A stretch of 64,000 bases of DNA from Candidatus Poribacteria bacterium (GTDB lineage Bacteria > Poribacteria > WGA-4E > WGA-3G), in the NCBI GenBank assembly GCA_963665235.2, contig CAXXLX010000001.1, positions 1,024,001 through 1,088,000 on the forward strand. The letters are read 5' to 3'. Positions 9,843 through 19,654 of this stretch are shown one piece after another. The translations under genes and the position numbers were made by a program. Under the pieces are notes generated by a model, which saw only the letters and a program-made list of their open reading frames with translations, did no database searches and had not been told where the DNA came from. How positions within the stretch are numbered: the first letter of the stretch is position 1; every line of letters starts with the position of its first letter.

Positions 9843-10400
9843 TCAGGAGAAGCCTCTGCTGCCGGTGCGTCTGCTTCTTCGGGTGCAGTTTCCGCTGCTG
9901 GTGCCTCTGTTTCCGCTGCCGGTGCATCCGCTTCTGCTGCTGGTGCGTCTGCTTCTTCGGAGGCTGTTTCTGCCTCCGGTGGTTTCTTCAGAGGCTGTTT
10001 CTGCCTCCGGTGCATCCGTTTCTTCAGAGGCAGTTTCTGTGAGAAGTGCTGCCTGTTCCTGCTCTACTGAGGCGGCTTCCCCGTCTTCGGGTGTATCCGA
10101 AGCGTCAGCCACTTCGTCCTCAGGTAGCGGTTTTCCGAGTTTTTCATACGTAAATTTTTTCCAGATACCACTTTGGGATAGCAACCGTTTCGCTGTATCG
10201 GTAGGTTGCGCTCCCCGCCTTAACCATTTCAGTGCTTTTTCCTCGTCAATAAGGACATCAGCTGGGTCGGTTAAGGGATTGTAATGGCCGAGGCGTTCTA
10301 AAAACACACCGTCTCGCTGTGCCCGCGCATCAGCCGCGACAATTCGATAGAAAGGCCGTTTTTTTCTACCGTGCCGTTGTAATCTAATTCTAACTGCCAA
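9843..10400 (-). CDS. rpsP: 30S ribosomal protein S16 with repetitive C-terminal extension (frameshift within the tail)
   Basis: [24 protein letters not shown] and GAQPTDT; the acidic tail continues in another frame to the stop at 9824. Confidence 0.95.
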   Translation of the reverse strand: MAVRIRLQRHGRKKRPFYRIVAADARAQRDGVFLERLGHYNPLTDPADVLIDEEKALKWLRRGAQPTDTAKRLLSQSGIWKKFTYEKLGKPLPEDEVADASDTPEDGEAASVEQEQAALLTETASEETDAPEAETASEETTGGRNSLRRSRRTSSRSGCTGSGNRGTSSGNCTRRSRRTGSRGFS

Positions 10401-10535
10401 AAAATACCTCCTGGTATATATCGTATCGTCGATAAATGCGAAATGTTGGTTCCGCGTAAATGCTCAAATATTGTTTTCAAATGATGCCCGGCAAATAGCG
10501 TGATAGCACCGTTGCTATCCATAGCTCCGTTAGCA

Positions 10536-11948
10536 TCACTTGCGTTTTTTCCGTTTCCTTGGCTTTCGTGCCTTCCGCTTTGTTCGTGGCCCCCCCCCAA
10601 TTTTTGTGCGTGGGAGCCCACCGATTTTCGTTCCTTTCTGTAGCATCGCCATTGATGGCTGCTGATCGAACATGCTATTCATCATCCGGAGTTGCGAAAT
10701 CAGTTGATTCACCTGATTCACACTCGTTCCACTCCCGTTAGCAATTCGGAGTTTTCGGCTTCTATCCAGCAGTGGCGGATTTTTCCGTTCTTCAGGTGTC
10801 ATCGACTGTATAATCGCTTTTGCGTATTTCAGCTGACTTTCATCCGGCTTAAGGTCCTTGATAGGCAATTGGTTCTTAAAAGGGACCAAATCCAGCAGTT
10901 GGTCTAAGGGGCCCATATTTTTTATCTGTTCAAGTTGAGAGAGAAAATCGGTAAAATCCAGTCCTTTCTTTTCTAAGAGTTTGCGTTCTATTTCCTTCGC
11001 TTGGTCTTCGCTGAAGACGGCTTCGGCTCTTTCCACGAGCGTCTGAAAATCGCCTTGCCCGATAATGCGTGATGCCATCCGCTCCGGGTGAAATTCCTCA
11101 AGTGCCGTCGCCTCAATCCTTTCCCCAACGCCGATAAACTTAATCGGTTTCTGCGTAATAGACCGAATTGAGAGGGCTGCGCCGCCGCGTGCATCGCCAT
11201 CCATCTTTGTCAAGACAACGCCATCAATCTCCAAATCGGTATTGAAGCTCTCCGCAACGTTGACTGCATCCTGCCCAGTCATCGCATCAACGATTAATAG
11301 GATTTCAGCGGGGTTCACCGCTGCTTTGATAGCTTGAAGCTCTGCCATCAACGTTTCATCAATATGCAAACGCCCGGCTGTGTCAATAATCACGCGGTCG
11401 CAACCACGGCTCAATGCATCTTGCACCGATGCCTTCGCAATATCAACCGGGGAGACCTCCGTGCCGAGCGAAAAGACCGGCGTATCTGTCTGCTCACCAA
11501 GCAGTTGTAGCTGTTTAATTGCCGCAGGACGGTAAACATCCGCAGCGACCAGCATCGGGTTACGGCCCTCCTTCTTAAATCTGAGCCCTAATTTCGCTGC
11601 GACTGTCGTTTTACCTGACCCCTGCAATCCTACTAAGAGGATAACCGTCGGGCCACTCGGCGCGACCTGAATCTTGGTCGACTCCCCGCCCATCAACGTT
11701 GTCAATTCTTCGCCGATAATCTTAGCAATCTGGAGCTCCGGCGTGAGACTGCCTATCACCTCTTGACCGAGGGCCCGCACCTTGATATTCTCTATAAAAT
11801 CGCGGGTGACCTTGTAGTTCACATCCGCCTCGAGAAAGGCGCGACGCACCTCACGCAGCGCATCAGAGATATTGTTCTCCGTTAATTTTCCCTGTCCTTT
11901 CAACTTTTTGAAAGTACTTTGCAATCGGTCGCTCAAGCTTTCAAACAT
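10536..11948 (-). CDS. ffh: Signal recognition particle protein Ffh
   Basis: MFESLSDRL, GLQGSGKTT, DTAGR, TKMDGDARGG and the M-domain SMTPEER. Confidence 0.97.
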   Translation of the reverse strand: MFESLSDRLQSTFKKLKGQGKLTENNISDALREVRRAFLEADVNYKVTRDFIENIKVRALGQEVIGSLTPELQIAKIIGEELTTLMGGESTKIQVAPSGPTVILLVGLQGSGKTTVAAKLGLRFKKEGRNPMLVAADVYRPAAIKQLQLLGEQTDTPVFSLGTEVSPVDIAKASVQDALSRGCDRVIIDTAGRLHIDETLMAELQAIKAAVNPAEILLIVDAMTGQDAVNVAESFNTDLEIDGVVLTKMDGDARGGAALSIRSITQKPIKFIGVGERIEATALEEFHPERMASRIIGQGDFQTLVERAEAVFSEDQAKEIERKLLEKKGLDFTDFLSQLEQIKNMGPLDQLLDLVPFKNQLPIKDLKPDESQLKYAKAIIQSMTPEERKNPPLLDRSRKLRIANGSGTSVNQVNQLISQLRMMNSMFDQQPSMAMLQKGTKIGGLPRTKIGGGPRTKRKARKPRKRKKRK

Positions 11949-11982
11949 GATTTGCATCCTTAATGAAATAGTTAATTAAAGT

Positions 11983-12011
11983 ATTATAGCAGATTTTATT
12001 GCGTCTGTCAA
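11983..12011 (-). promoter_or_regulatory. Sigma70 promoter of the ffh-rpsP operon
   Basis: Perfect TTGACA-17 bp-TATAAT on the minus strand, ~35 nt upstream of ffh. Confidence 0.85.
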
Positions 12012-12052
12012 GTTTTTTTTAGAGAGGGGTAAATATTTTTGTCGAAAGAGTT

Positions 12053-12253
12053 GAGGGGGAAGAGTGGAAAATTTGGAAGGGGCGAAATTATCTAAATCGC
12101 GGCATCCTGTAGATGACGCAGGAGGGTTTCCCGCAAACTAACAGTTTACAGTCCGACGCGATAATCCGCGATTTGCGGCGTATTCGCCCAAATGCGACGT
12201 GCATTCAGACAACACACGCCAAATCCACTCTTCCACTCTTCCACCCTTCCACC
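12053..12253. repeat. Intergenic repeat with inverted purine/pyrimidine octamer arms
   Basis: ggaagagtggaa... at 12059 versus ccactcttccactcttccacccttcc at 12224; ttcagacaac.cacgccaaatcc block shared with ~58002. Confidence 0.55.
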
Positions 12254-12355
12254 TATCCGTTTGATAAAAACTTTACCCCTCCCCATAAAATTGTCCAAAG
12301 TTTAGCAATTTTTTAAGTACTTGACAAAAATTCTTGTGTATGATACAAATAACGT

Positions 12356-13372
12356 ATGCAAACAACTACGAAAATTATATCTTTACTCTTTTTAACATTT
12401 TTCTATTTCGGATGCCAAGGCGGACTGTTCAATCTTAACACCACCGACACTAACGGAAATATTATAGAGAAATCCGGAGAATTGACAGAAAATGAGGTGT
12501 GGGATGGAATGGTGTACGTCACCGATACGGTCGTCGTTCCGGAGGGCATAACATTGACTATCCGGTCAGGGGCCATCATTGGGTTTGAACCGATGGACAC
12601 ACCGACCGGGCTTATCGTGCACGGTGAACTTTACGCGGAAGGCGCACCGGACCGAATGATAGTTTTCGGCTCCTTAGGGGCACAACAAAACGCCCCGGAA
12701 ACCCCGCAGGTGCAGATACCGAAAATCGGAACCGAAACTGTACCAACAACACCCACAAAAATCACACTTCCAGCAAAAGTGGGAGATTGGGAAGGAATTC
12801 AGATTGAGGCGAGCAGTCCCAACAACCGTTTAACGTATTGCCGTATCCAACATGCAAATACAGGCATTACATGCCGAACAGACGCTGTCCAAATTGAGGG
12901 ATGTCTCTTCAGCGAAAACAGAATCGGAGTGCTTGCTGAAAATAGCAATCCCACAATTACCAGTAGCGAGTTCAACAAAAATGAAACAGGTGCCCAATTC
13001 CGAGGTGCTGCTGCACCGGAGGTAGAATACAACGCGTTCGCCGCCAACGAATTTGGACTTGTATGTGAGGACGATTCTCGACCGCGCATCCATCACAACG
13101 AAATCCGCTCAAACTATCAACATGCAATCGCCTGCTACTCCACAGCTTCACCAGAGATTGTCTCCAACAATATCACGTTGAACAGTGGATGGGCAGTCTA
13201 CGATGGCGGAAGACTCCGAGACAATTTTATCAACGGAAACAAGCAGTTGGGCCCCAACGTCACTGACCTCGGAATCGGCACAGAAAGCGAGCAGTTTTAT
13301 GGAGTAGACGAGGTATTTGAACCGAGACCCTCTCCCGTACCGGAGGCGGGTATACCCCGGGAAACGTTTTAA
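12356..13372 (+). CDS. Lipoprotein with right-handed parallel beta-helix repeats
   Basis: FGC lipobox-like end of signal peptide; VPEGITLTI, GDWEGI and repeated N..GI/P.I..N motifs. Confidence 0.75.
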   Translation: MQTTTKIISLLFLTFFYFGCQGGLFNLNTTDTNGNIIEKSGELTENEVWDGMVYVTDTVVVPEGITLTIRSGAIIGFEPMDTPTGLIVHGELYAEGAPDRMIVFGSLGAQQNAPETPQVQIPKIGTETVPTTPTKITLPAKVGDWEGIQIEASSPNNRLTYCRIQHANTGITCRTDAVQIEGCLFSENRIGVLAENSNPTITSSEFNKNETGAQFRGAAAPEVEYNAFAANEFGLVCEDDSRPRIHHNEIRSNYQHAIACYSTASPEIVSNNITLNSGWAVYDGGRLRDNFINGNKQLGPNVTDLGIGTESEQFYGVDEVFEPRPSPVPEAGIPRETF

Positions 13373-13376
13373 TCTC

Positions 13377-14333
13377 ATGCGTCAATTCAGAGCCTATCTT
13401 GACCTTATCCGCTATCCGCTTTTTGCAATTCCGATCGTTGCGACACTCCCTGGTGCGCTGATTGCAAGTGAGGGACATTTCACGTGGCGCGTCGCAGCGG
13501 CACTCGGCATCGCGTTAGGCGGCTACTTCGCCGGGATGATAAAGAACGACTATTTCCATCGTGAAACAGACGCGCTCACGAACCCGGAACGGCCGCTTCC
13601 CTCGCAGCGACTAACACCTCGGCAGGCACTTGTACCCGCAAGCACTCTCTACGGATTATGCGTAATCGCTGGATTCTGGCTTGACCGTAACGCAGGGTTT
13701 GTAGTCATGGGCTTAGTCGCCATTTCGCATCTTTACAACGCCTTTTTCAAGGCGCGCGGCATACTCGGCAGCCTCACGTTGCCCTTAGGCATTGGATTAC
13801 TGAATATCTTCGGCGCATTAGCCGTCAGCGGCACCGTCCCACGGTTGGTGTGGTACGCCTTCGCAGCGACGACCCTTTATGATTTGGGCACCCACATCAC
13901 AACGACCTTTAAGGATATCGCACGTGATGAAAAACTCGGTATTACAACGACACCCCTGCAGCTCGGTATCCGCCCGGCACTTTTGCTCGCCGCAGTCGCA
14001 ACGGGATTAGCATTCGTTATCGCATTGTTACCCTATTGGTTAGAAGAATCCCTGCACCAGAAATTCCACGCCGTTTGGGTAATCTTAGGACTGATAGCCG
14101 CCGTGGGGAGTCGTATTCCGCTCTATCTACAGCCGAACGAGAAAAACGGTTATTTTGCACTGAAGGGGTCAATGATAGGGTCAATCCTCTTTTTTCCGTG
14201 TCTCATCGGCGCGCAGGTGTCTATTGCTTGGACCGCAACGGCAATTGTCCCGTTGCTGCTTGTAACGCTGCTTTTGCTAAAAACAACACAACAGGAGGTG
14301 GCAATAAATTATTGGCAAGATGTGGCAGATTAG
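13377..14333 (+). CDS. UbiA-family prenyltransferase
   Basis: NDYFHRETDALTNPERPLPS and FKDIARDEKLGITT Asp-rich motifs; multiple TM helices. Confidence 0.85.
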   Translation: MRQFRAYLDLIRYPLFAIPIVATLPGALIASEGHFTWRVAAALGIALGGYFAGMIKNDYFHRETDALTNPERPLPSQRLTPRQALVPASTLYGLCVIAGFWLDRNAGFVVMGLVAISHLYNAFFKARGILGSLTLPLGIGLLNIFGALAVSGTVPRLVWYAFAATTLYDLGTHITTTFKDIARDEKLGITTTPLQLGIRPALLLAAVATGLAFVIALLPYWLEESLHQKFHAVWVILGLIAAVGSRIPLYLQPNEKNGYFALKGSMIGSILFFPCLIGAQVSIAWTATAIVPLLLVTLLLLKTTQQEVAINYWQDVAD

Positions 14334-14367
14334 CGTTAGAGAATAGTTGTTCAACAAACCTCTTCGG

Positions 14368-14565
14368 TAAGAGCGAGCTGTGCTCGCGATATTAACAGAC
14401 TAAACCCCAGTATTCGGGCAAACAGCCCGCTCCTTAAGGGTGATATGTTTATAGAAAACTATAACGCAAAAACTCTTAGTCCCATAGGGACGATATCTTT
14501 ATAGGGGTTAGTGCAAACCGACATTTATTATCAAACTCACGTTTGCTAACAGCCAACAGCCAAAG
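14368..14565. repeat. Composite REP-like repeat cluster
   Basis: gtaagagcgagctgtgctcgcga (14368), agtattcgggcaaacagcccgctcct (14409), ttagtcccatagggacgatatctttatag (14476) and heptamer tail gctaacagccaacagcc. Confidence 0.7.
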
Positions 14566-14574
14566 GAAATCACC

Positions 14575-16023
14575 ATGAAAAATATCGTTTTGCTTATTAC
14601 GGATACGTTTCGCTATGACAACCTCGGGGACCGAGCAGAACGTCCTATCCGAACCCCGATGCTTGATAAATTTGAGGCGGAACGCGCAACTGCAATTGAT
14701 AAATTCTATATGAGCAGTTTTCCCACCGTCCCGCATCGCACCGATGTCGCAACAGGGACGGTCGGATGGCCCCACTATCCGTGGCAACCTATCGACCAGA
14801 GTGGGCCGAATCATATCGCAAGACTCTTGGGGGCACAAGGGTACGCAACACAACTGATTTGTGATTGCCCGCATCTGTTCAATACACGGTTCCAGCACGG
14901 TTTCGATGCCGCTTTCCAGCACAGAGGACAGGAGGGCGACAAACCGTTGCTGCACCTCAACGACGACATCCGAACCGTTATGCCCGACGAGAAAACGCGT
15001 CCGCACCCCGCATTCCGCGGAAATACCTTGCCCAATACACACAGGTGGACAAACCGCTACTACCAATATGAAGCGGAAACGTTTTCCAGTAGAACGGCAC
15101 AAACCACAATCCGATGGTTGGAAGAGAACTGCAACGCCGGCCCCTTCTTCCTCTGGGTCGACTTCTTCGACCCCCACGAACCCTGGGACCCACCCGAATA
15201 CATCGTCAAACGTTACGACCCGGATTATACGGGACCACCGATGCTACATCCGAACTACGGCCGCTCGTCACTCTACACGGAGGCTGAGTTGCACAACCTC
15301 TGGGCACACTACGCAGGTGAATCGGAACTCGTTGACCGGCACATCGGACGTATCCTTGAAAAAGTAGAAGACCTCGAACTTTGGGACGATACCCTCATCG
15401 TTGTCATGTCCGACCACGGAATGTCCATCGGAGAACACGGCAGGACAGGGAAGTCTAACATTGACCCGGAAGACCCGCGTTATTGGCCCACCTATCCAGA
15501 GATTAACCATGAGATGTTCTTAATTGCAGGCGGAGACGTGCCACGGGGCCAACGGCTTGACCTAATTGCACAACCGATGGATATCCTGCCGACACTCTGT
15601 GAATTAGCGGGTGTCACCGTTGAACCGCGCAAACCTTTTGAGGGCAGGTCTTTTGCTGATGCACTACGCAACGGGGATTCGCAGCATAGAGAATACGCGG
15701 TAACAGGAACACATATCGGCTCAAGAAACGGGACCGTGCCACGCCGCGCAACAACGCCGTTCCTCGTCACGGAGCGTTGGGGATATGCCCCCGTCGGCCA
15801 AGATGGCACACCCGAACTGTTTGACCTAACCGTTGACCCGATTGCAACGAACAATATCGCTGAAGACAACGCTGCACTTGTCGCAGAGCTGCATCAACTT
15901 TTTATGGCGCACCTTTTGGAACACAACGCCCCAGACAATTTCCTCGCACTCTGGCAGGAAACACCTTCAGGAGACGGACGCGGCAAATGGTCAATTGACT
16001 ATCCGGAAGAGTCCAAGGAATAA
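14575..16023 (+). CDS. Sulfatase / alkaline-phosphatase superfamily hydrolase with Thr at the nucleophile position
   Basis: NIVLLITDTFRYD, PTVPHR, FFDPHEPWDPP, SDHG and ELFDL. Confidence 0.85.
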   Translation: MKNIVLLITDTFRYDNLGDRAERPIRTPMLDKFEAERATAIDKFYMSSFPTVPHRTDVATGTVGWPHYPWQPIDQSGPNHIARLLGAQGYATQLICDCPHLFNTRFQHGFDAAFQHRGQEGDKPLLHLNDDIRTVMPDEKTRPHPAFRGNTLPNTHRWTNRYYQYEAETFSSRTAQTTIRWLEENCNAGPFFLWVDFFDPHEPWDPPEYIVKRYDPDYTGPPMLHPNYGRSSLYTEAELHNLWAHYAGESELVDRHIGRILEKVEDLELWDDTLIVVMSDHGMSIGEHGRTGKSNIDPEDPRYWPTYPEINHEMFLIAGGDVPRGQRLDLIAQPMDILPTLCELAGVTVEPRKPFEGRSFADALRNGDSQHREYAVTGTHIGSRNGTVPRRATTPFLVTERWGYAPVGQDGTPELFDLTVDPIATNNIAEDNAALVAELHQLFMAHLLEHNAPDNFLALWQETPSGDGRGKWSIDYPEESKE

Positions 16024-16086
16024 GGCTTAAAATGGGTATGTAAAGTTTCTGTACAAGTATAAATTGAATAGCGGCCTGTTTCTGTA

Positions 16087-16303
16087 TTAGTCCCAGTATT
16101 CGGGCAAACAGCCCGCTCCTCAAGGACGATATATTTATAGAAAGACCCCAATAACCTCCGCTTTAGTCCCGTAGGGACGATATATTTATAGCGTCATGGA
16201 AACCGTTGGAAACCTATAGCAAGAAGTCTCTGACGCGCGTCAAAAACATCATTAGAATAACAACATCTTGCTAATTGCTAATTGCTAATCGCCAATCGCT
16301 AAT
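16087..16303. repeat. Composite intergenic repeat (nested REP-like units plus heptamer-armed element)
   Basis: Two ttagtccc...ggacgatatatttatag units; core agcaagaagtctc.gacgcgcgtcaaaaacatcattagaataacaa shared with 45130-45180; gctaatt/gccaatc heptamers. Confidence 0.75.
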
Positions 16304-16328
16304 AAGGAATAAGGAAAACAACGAACGT

Positions 16329-17639
16329 ATGGAAACTTCAAGCGCGCTGCACAATGAACTCAGGCATATTGTTGACGAGACAGGCATCCTTCCGATAGAG
16401 CAGGCTTCGGATTACACCTTTGATGGCTGCGTTCCGAAGGCAGTCGTTTCACCAGCATCTGTCCAAGAAATGCAAGCTGTCCTCCGCCTTGCCAGGGCAC
16501 AGCAATTCTCTGTTATCCCCGCGGGTGCCGGCACAAAACTCGGTATCGGTAATACACCTCAAAAAGTGGATGTCGTCTTGGTCACAACACGTCTAAACAA
16601 CGTGGTAGAATATGAACCAGCAGATTTAACCGTAACCGTAGAGGCAGGTATTCGGTTGGCAGACCTCCAAGCCGAGTTGGCACAACATCGACAATTTTTC
16701 GCATCGACTCCACCTTACGCTGACAGATGCACTATTGGCGGACTCGTTGCAACAAACAGCAGCAGTACAATTCGCCTTCGCTACGGCACCGCGCGAAATC
16801 AGGTATTAGGGATGCGGGTTGTCCTTGCCGACGGTACCGTTGTCAAAAGCGGCGGCAAAGTCGTAAAAAACGTCGCCGGCTACGACCTAAACAAACTCTA
16901 TATCGGTGCTTTCGGCACACTCGGTATCATTACCGAAATAGCCCTCAAATTGGCACCGCTTCCCGCACGGCGGGCAATACTTGCCGCACAATTTCAAAAC
17001 GTTCAAGACGGTGTTGACGCAGGCTTAAGCGTTTTGCGCTCACAAGCACTCCCCACCTTCGTGAACCTCTTTATGAACACCGATATCGACTATTTCACGG
17101 AGACAAAACCAGGGCTAATAGTAGAATTCGGCGGTGATGCCGAAACTGTAACATGGCAACTCAACCACGTCCAAACACTTATGGAACAAAACAGCACGAT
17201 AGGTGTCGAAATTGTAGAGGGTGAATTGCAAGAAAATCTTAATCAAACCGTTCAGAAATTTCCAGAGGCTAATAGGCACGCCGATACAGTAATTGCAAAA
17301 GTCAACCTAAAGCGGACAGATATCGTTAAATTCGTTGAGCAGCACCTAAAATCGGGTGAAGAGATGATGGCACTCTTAGGGAGTGGCGTACTCTATCTCA
17401 AAACGCCTATAGATTCCGGGACGGACCTTCAAGCACTTGCGTCAACACTCACACAGCTGCGTCAACATGCTATGGCGATGCAAGGCAATCTTACCATAGC
17501 GGCTGCCCCGCCTGAACTCAAACAGCATATCGACGTTTGGGGCCCCATTGGCAGCACGCTTCGCCTGATGAAACAGGTTAAAGCGAAATTCGATGCAGAC
17601 GGTTTGTTGAACCCAGGGCGGTTTGTCTCAAATCTCTAA
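16329..17639 (+). CDS. FAD-binding oxidoreductase (GlcE/GlcD-like)
   Basis: YEPADLTVTVEAG, TIGG, GGKVVKNVAGYDLNKL and C-terminal LNPGRF. Confidence 0.85.
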   Translation: METSSALHNELRHIVDETGILPIEQASDYTFDGCVPKAVVSPASVQEMQAVLRLARAQQFSVIPAGAGTKLGIGNTPQKVDVVLVTTRLNNVVEYEPADLTVTVEAGIRLADLQAELAQHRQFFASTPPYADRCTIGGLVATNSSSTIRLRYGTARNQVLGMRVVLADGTVVKSGGKVVKNVAGYDLNKLYIGAFGTLGIITEIALKLAPLPARRAILAAQFQNVQDGVDAGLSVLRSQALPTFVNLFMNTDIDYFTETKPGLIVEFGGDAETVTWQLNHVQTLMEQNSTIGVEIVEGELQENLNQTVQKFPEANRHADTVIAKVNLKRTDIVKFVEQHLKSGEEMMALLGSGVLYLKTPIDSGTDLQALASTLTQLRQHAMAMQGNLTIAAAPPELKQHIDVWGPIGSTLRLMKQVKAKFDADGLLNPGRFVSNL

Positions 17640-17685
17640 CGTTCCGTGTATCAGCACCGCCAATTGCCAAAGGAGAACTCACAAA

Positions 17686-19578
17686 ATGTTCAAAAACACC
17701 AAATTTTATAAGTATTCGACCTGGACGCTGCTAGTGCTACTAACAGTGATGTTTCCGATTCAGACACCAGCACAGTTAGAAGACTTCGGACTTTTCGAAG
17801 GCGCAGCACCAGAAATACTCAGTGCAAAAGGCTATCTCTCTCTAGACAAGGCACAACCCGGCACACAACTCCAGGTTGCCATTGTCGTGAAAATTGCTGA
17901 AGGGTGGCATGTCAACGCGAATCCCGCAGGCGAAAATCTTATCCCGACCGAGGTGCTACTTCCCGACTCCCAACATATCACCTTTGGCGAAGTCGTATAT
18001 CCCATCACAGAGGACACGCTAGACATCATAGGAATTGGAGAGGTGCCGGTCTATCACGACACCATCACTATCGGGATGCCAGTGACCCTGCTGAAAACCG
18101 TCCCAATTCAATCCCTGACGTTAGATGTCCAGCTGCGTTATCAAGGGTGTAACGATGAACAGTGTCTGTTACCGGAGACGTTAGATGTTCCCATACCGAT
18201 TGAAGTCGTTAGCATGGCAGAACTTGTGAAACCGGTGAATGAAAACATTTTTTCCGGCATCGCCTTTGGTAGCACAAATGAAGGCACGAATGAAGAGGGA
18301 CTTGCAGGAGCCTTTGCAGGAGCCTTATCGGGAGGCAACATAGTGCTTGCCCTGCTCCTCGTATTCGCGGCGGGCATCTTGACAAGCTTAACACCGTGTG
18401 TGTACCCGCTCATACCGATAACCGTCTCAATCTTCGGTGCAAATGAGTCCGCAGGTTTGCTAAAATCCTTTCTGCTCTCACTTGTCTATGTGCTGGGTAT
18501 CGTAGTGATGTATTCAACTTTGGGCATTGCTGTTGCGTCAACGGGTGCGGTGTTCGGTCAAATAATGTCGAATCCGTGGGTTGTCGGTTTTATTAGCGTA
18601 ATCCTAATTTCGCTCGGGTTGTCAATGTTCGGGGTTTTTGAAATTCAGCTTCCGGCTTCCGTGCAGGGTCGGCTTAACACCGTCGGGGGTGCAGGATTTG
18701 CTGGCGCGTTTGGGATGGGAACTGTTGCGGGAGTCATTGCTGCACCCTGCACAGGACCGGCGTTGGCAGTTCTTTTAACCTACATTGCAACAACAGGCAG
18801 CATATTCCTCGGTTTTTGGCTTATGTTTACCTATGCCCTCGGCATGGGGTTGCTGTTCATCGCTATCGGGACGTTCTCTGGGCTGCTCTCCGCGCTACCC
18901 CGTTCCGGGGGCTGGATGTACGTCTTAGAAAACATCTTCGGTATTGCGATTATCACCATGGCACTCTACTTTCTCAAAGATGTCTTTGAGCCGTTAAAAA
19001 GTTTTCTACAGAACTCGGTTCCGTTTTTCGCGCTTGCGGGTGTCCTCATTCTACTTGGATTATGGCTTAGCAAGCTAACACAACGTTTTAGTGGGATTCC
19101 GCGTTCCACGAAGTTACGAAAAGCGTCTGGCATCCTGTTAGCGGTCTTAGGATGTTATATGATAATTGGCGGCATTCAACAACCTGCTGGCCCCCACCTC
19201 GACTGGATTGACAATGAAACCGAGGCTTTGGAGATTGCCCTCCGGGAGGACAAACTATTGATGCTTGACTTTTACGCCTCCTGGTGCGTCGCTTGCAAGG
19301 AACTTGACCACAAAACTTACGCGGACCCGGCAGTTGCCGCAAAACTCGATAATTACGTCAATGTCAAACTCGATTTTACCCGGAGCTCTGACATCACTAA
19401 AGCACTCACAGAGAAATATCAGATTCCGGGATTGCCTGTTGTCATCTTTATGGATGCACAAGGCAACGTTTTCAAACGAATCACAGGTTTTGTTGATGCC
19501 GAGGAGATGTTAGACATCCTTGAAGAAGTTGAGCAGAAGCAGAAATCGGCGAGCTCCCCTGAAGGCGGAATGCTTTAG
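17686..19578 (+). CDS. dsbD: Thiol:disulfide interchange protein DsbD
   Basis: N-terminal DsbD domain (GWHVN, YQGCNDEQC), TM domain TPCVYPLIP and APCTGP, thioredoxin domain DFYASWCVAC; AGGAG before ATG 17686. Confidence 0.92.
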   Translation: MFKNTKFYKYSTWTLLVLLTVMFPIQTPAQLEDFGLFEGAAPEILSAKGYLSLDKAQPGTQLQVAIVVKIAEGWHVNANPAGENLIPTEVLLPDSQHITFGEVVYPITEDTLDIIGIGEVPVYHDTITIGMPVTLLKTVPIQSLTLDVQLRYQGCNDEQCLLPETLDVPIPIEVVSMAELVKPVNENIFSGIAFGSTNEGTNEEGLAGAFAGALSGGNIVLALLLVFAAGILTSLTPCVYPLIPITVSIFGANESAGLLKSFLLSLVYVLGIVVMYSTLGIAVASTGAVFGQIMSNPWVVGFISVILISLGLSMFGVFEIQLPASVQGRLNTVGGAGFAGAFGMGTVAGVIAAPCTGPALAVLLTYIATTGSIFLGFWLMFTYALGMGLLFIAIGTFSGLLSALPRSGGWMYVLENIFGIAIITMALYFLKDVFEPLKSFLQNSVPFFALAGVLILLGLWLSKLTQRFSGIPRSTKLRKASGILLAVLGCYMIIGGIQQPAGPHLDWIDNETEALEIALREDKLLMLDFYASWCVACKELDHKTYADPAVAAKLDNYVNVKLDFTRSSDITKALTEKYQIPGLPVVIFMDAQGNVFKRITGFVDAEEMLDILEEVEQKQKSASSPEGGML

Positions 19579-19654
19579 CACACGTCGTTTGCCGAAAATG
19601 CCAGAAAATGCAAAGAAACCTTGGACGCAGAAAAACCCGATGGAGAAAATTAGC

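Noticed and set aside
9765-10284. Ala/Ser-rich and Leu-rich plus-strand ORFs
   Set aside because: Antisense of the repetitive S16 tail
12321-12350. Sigma70 promoter for the beta-helix lipoprotein
   Set aside because: TTGACA is present, but the best -10 (TATGAT) is only 12 bp away and the hexamer at 17 bp is weak
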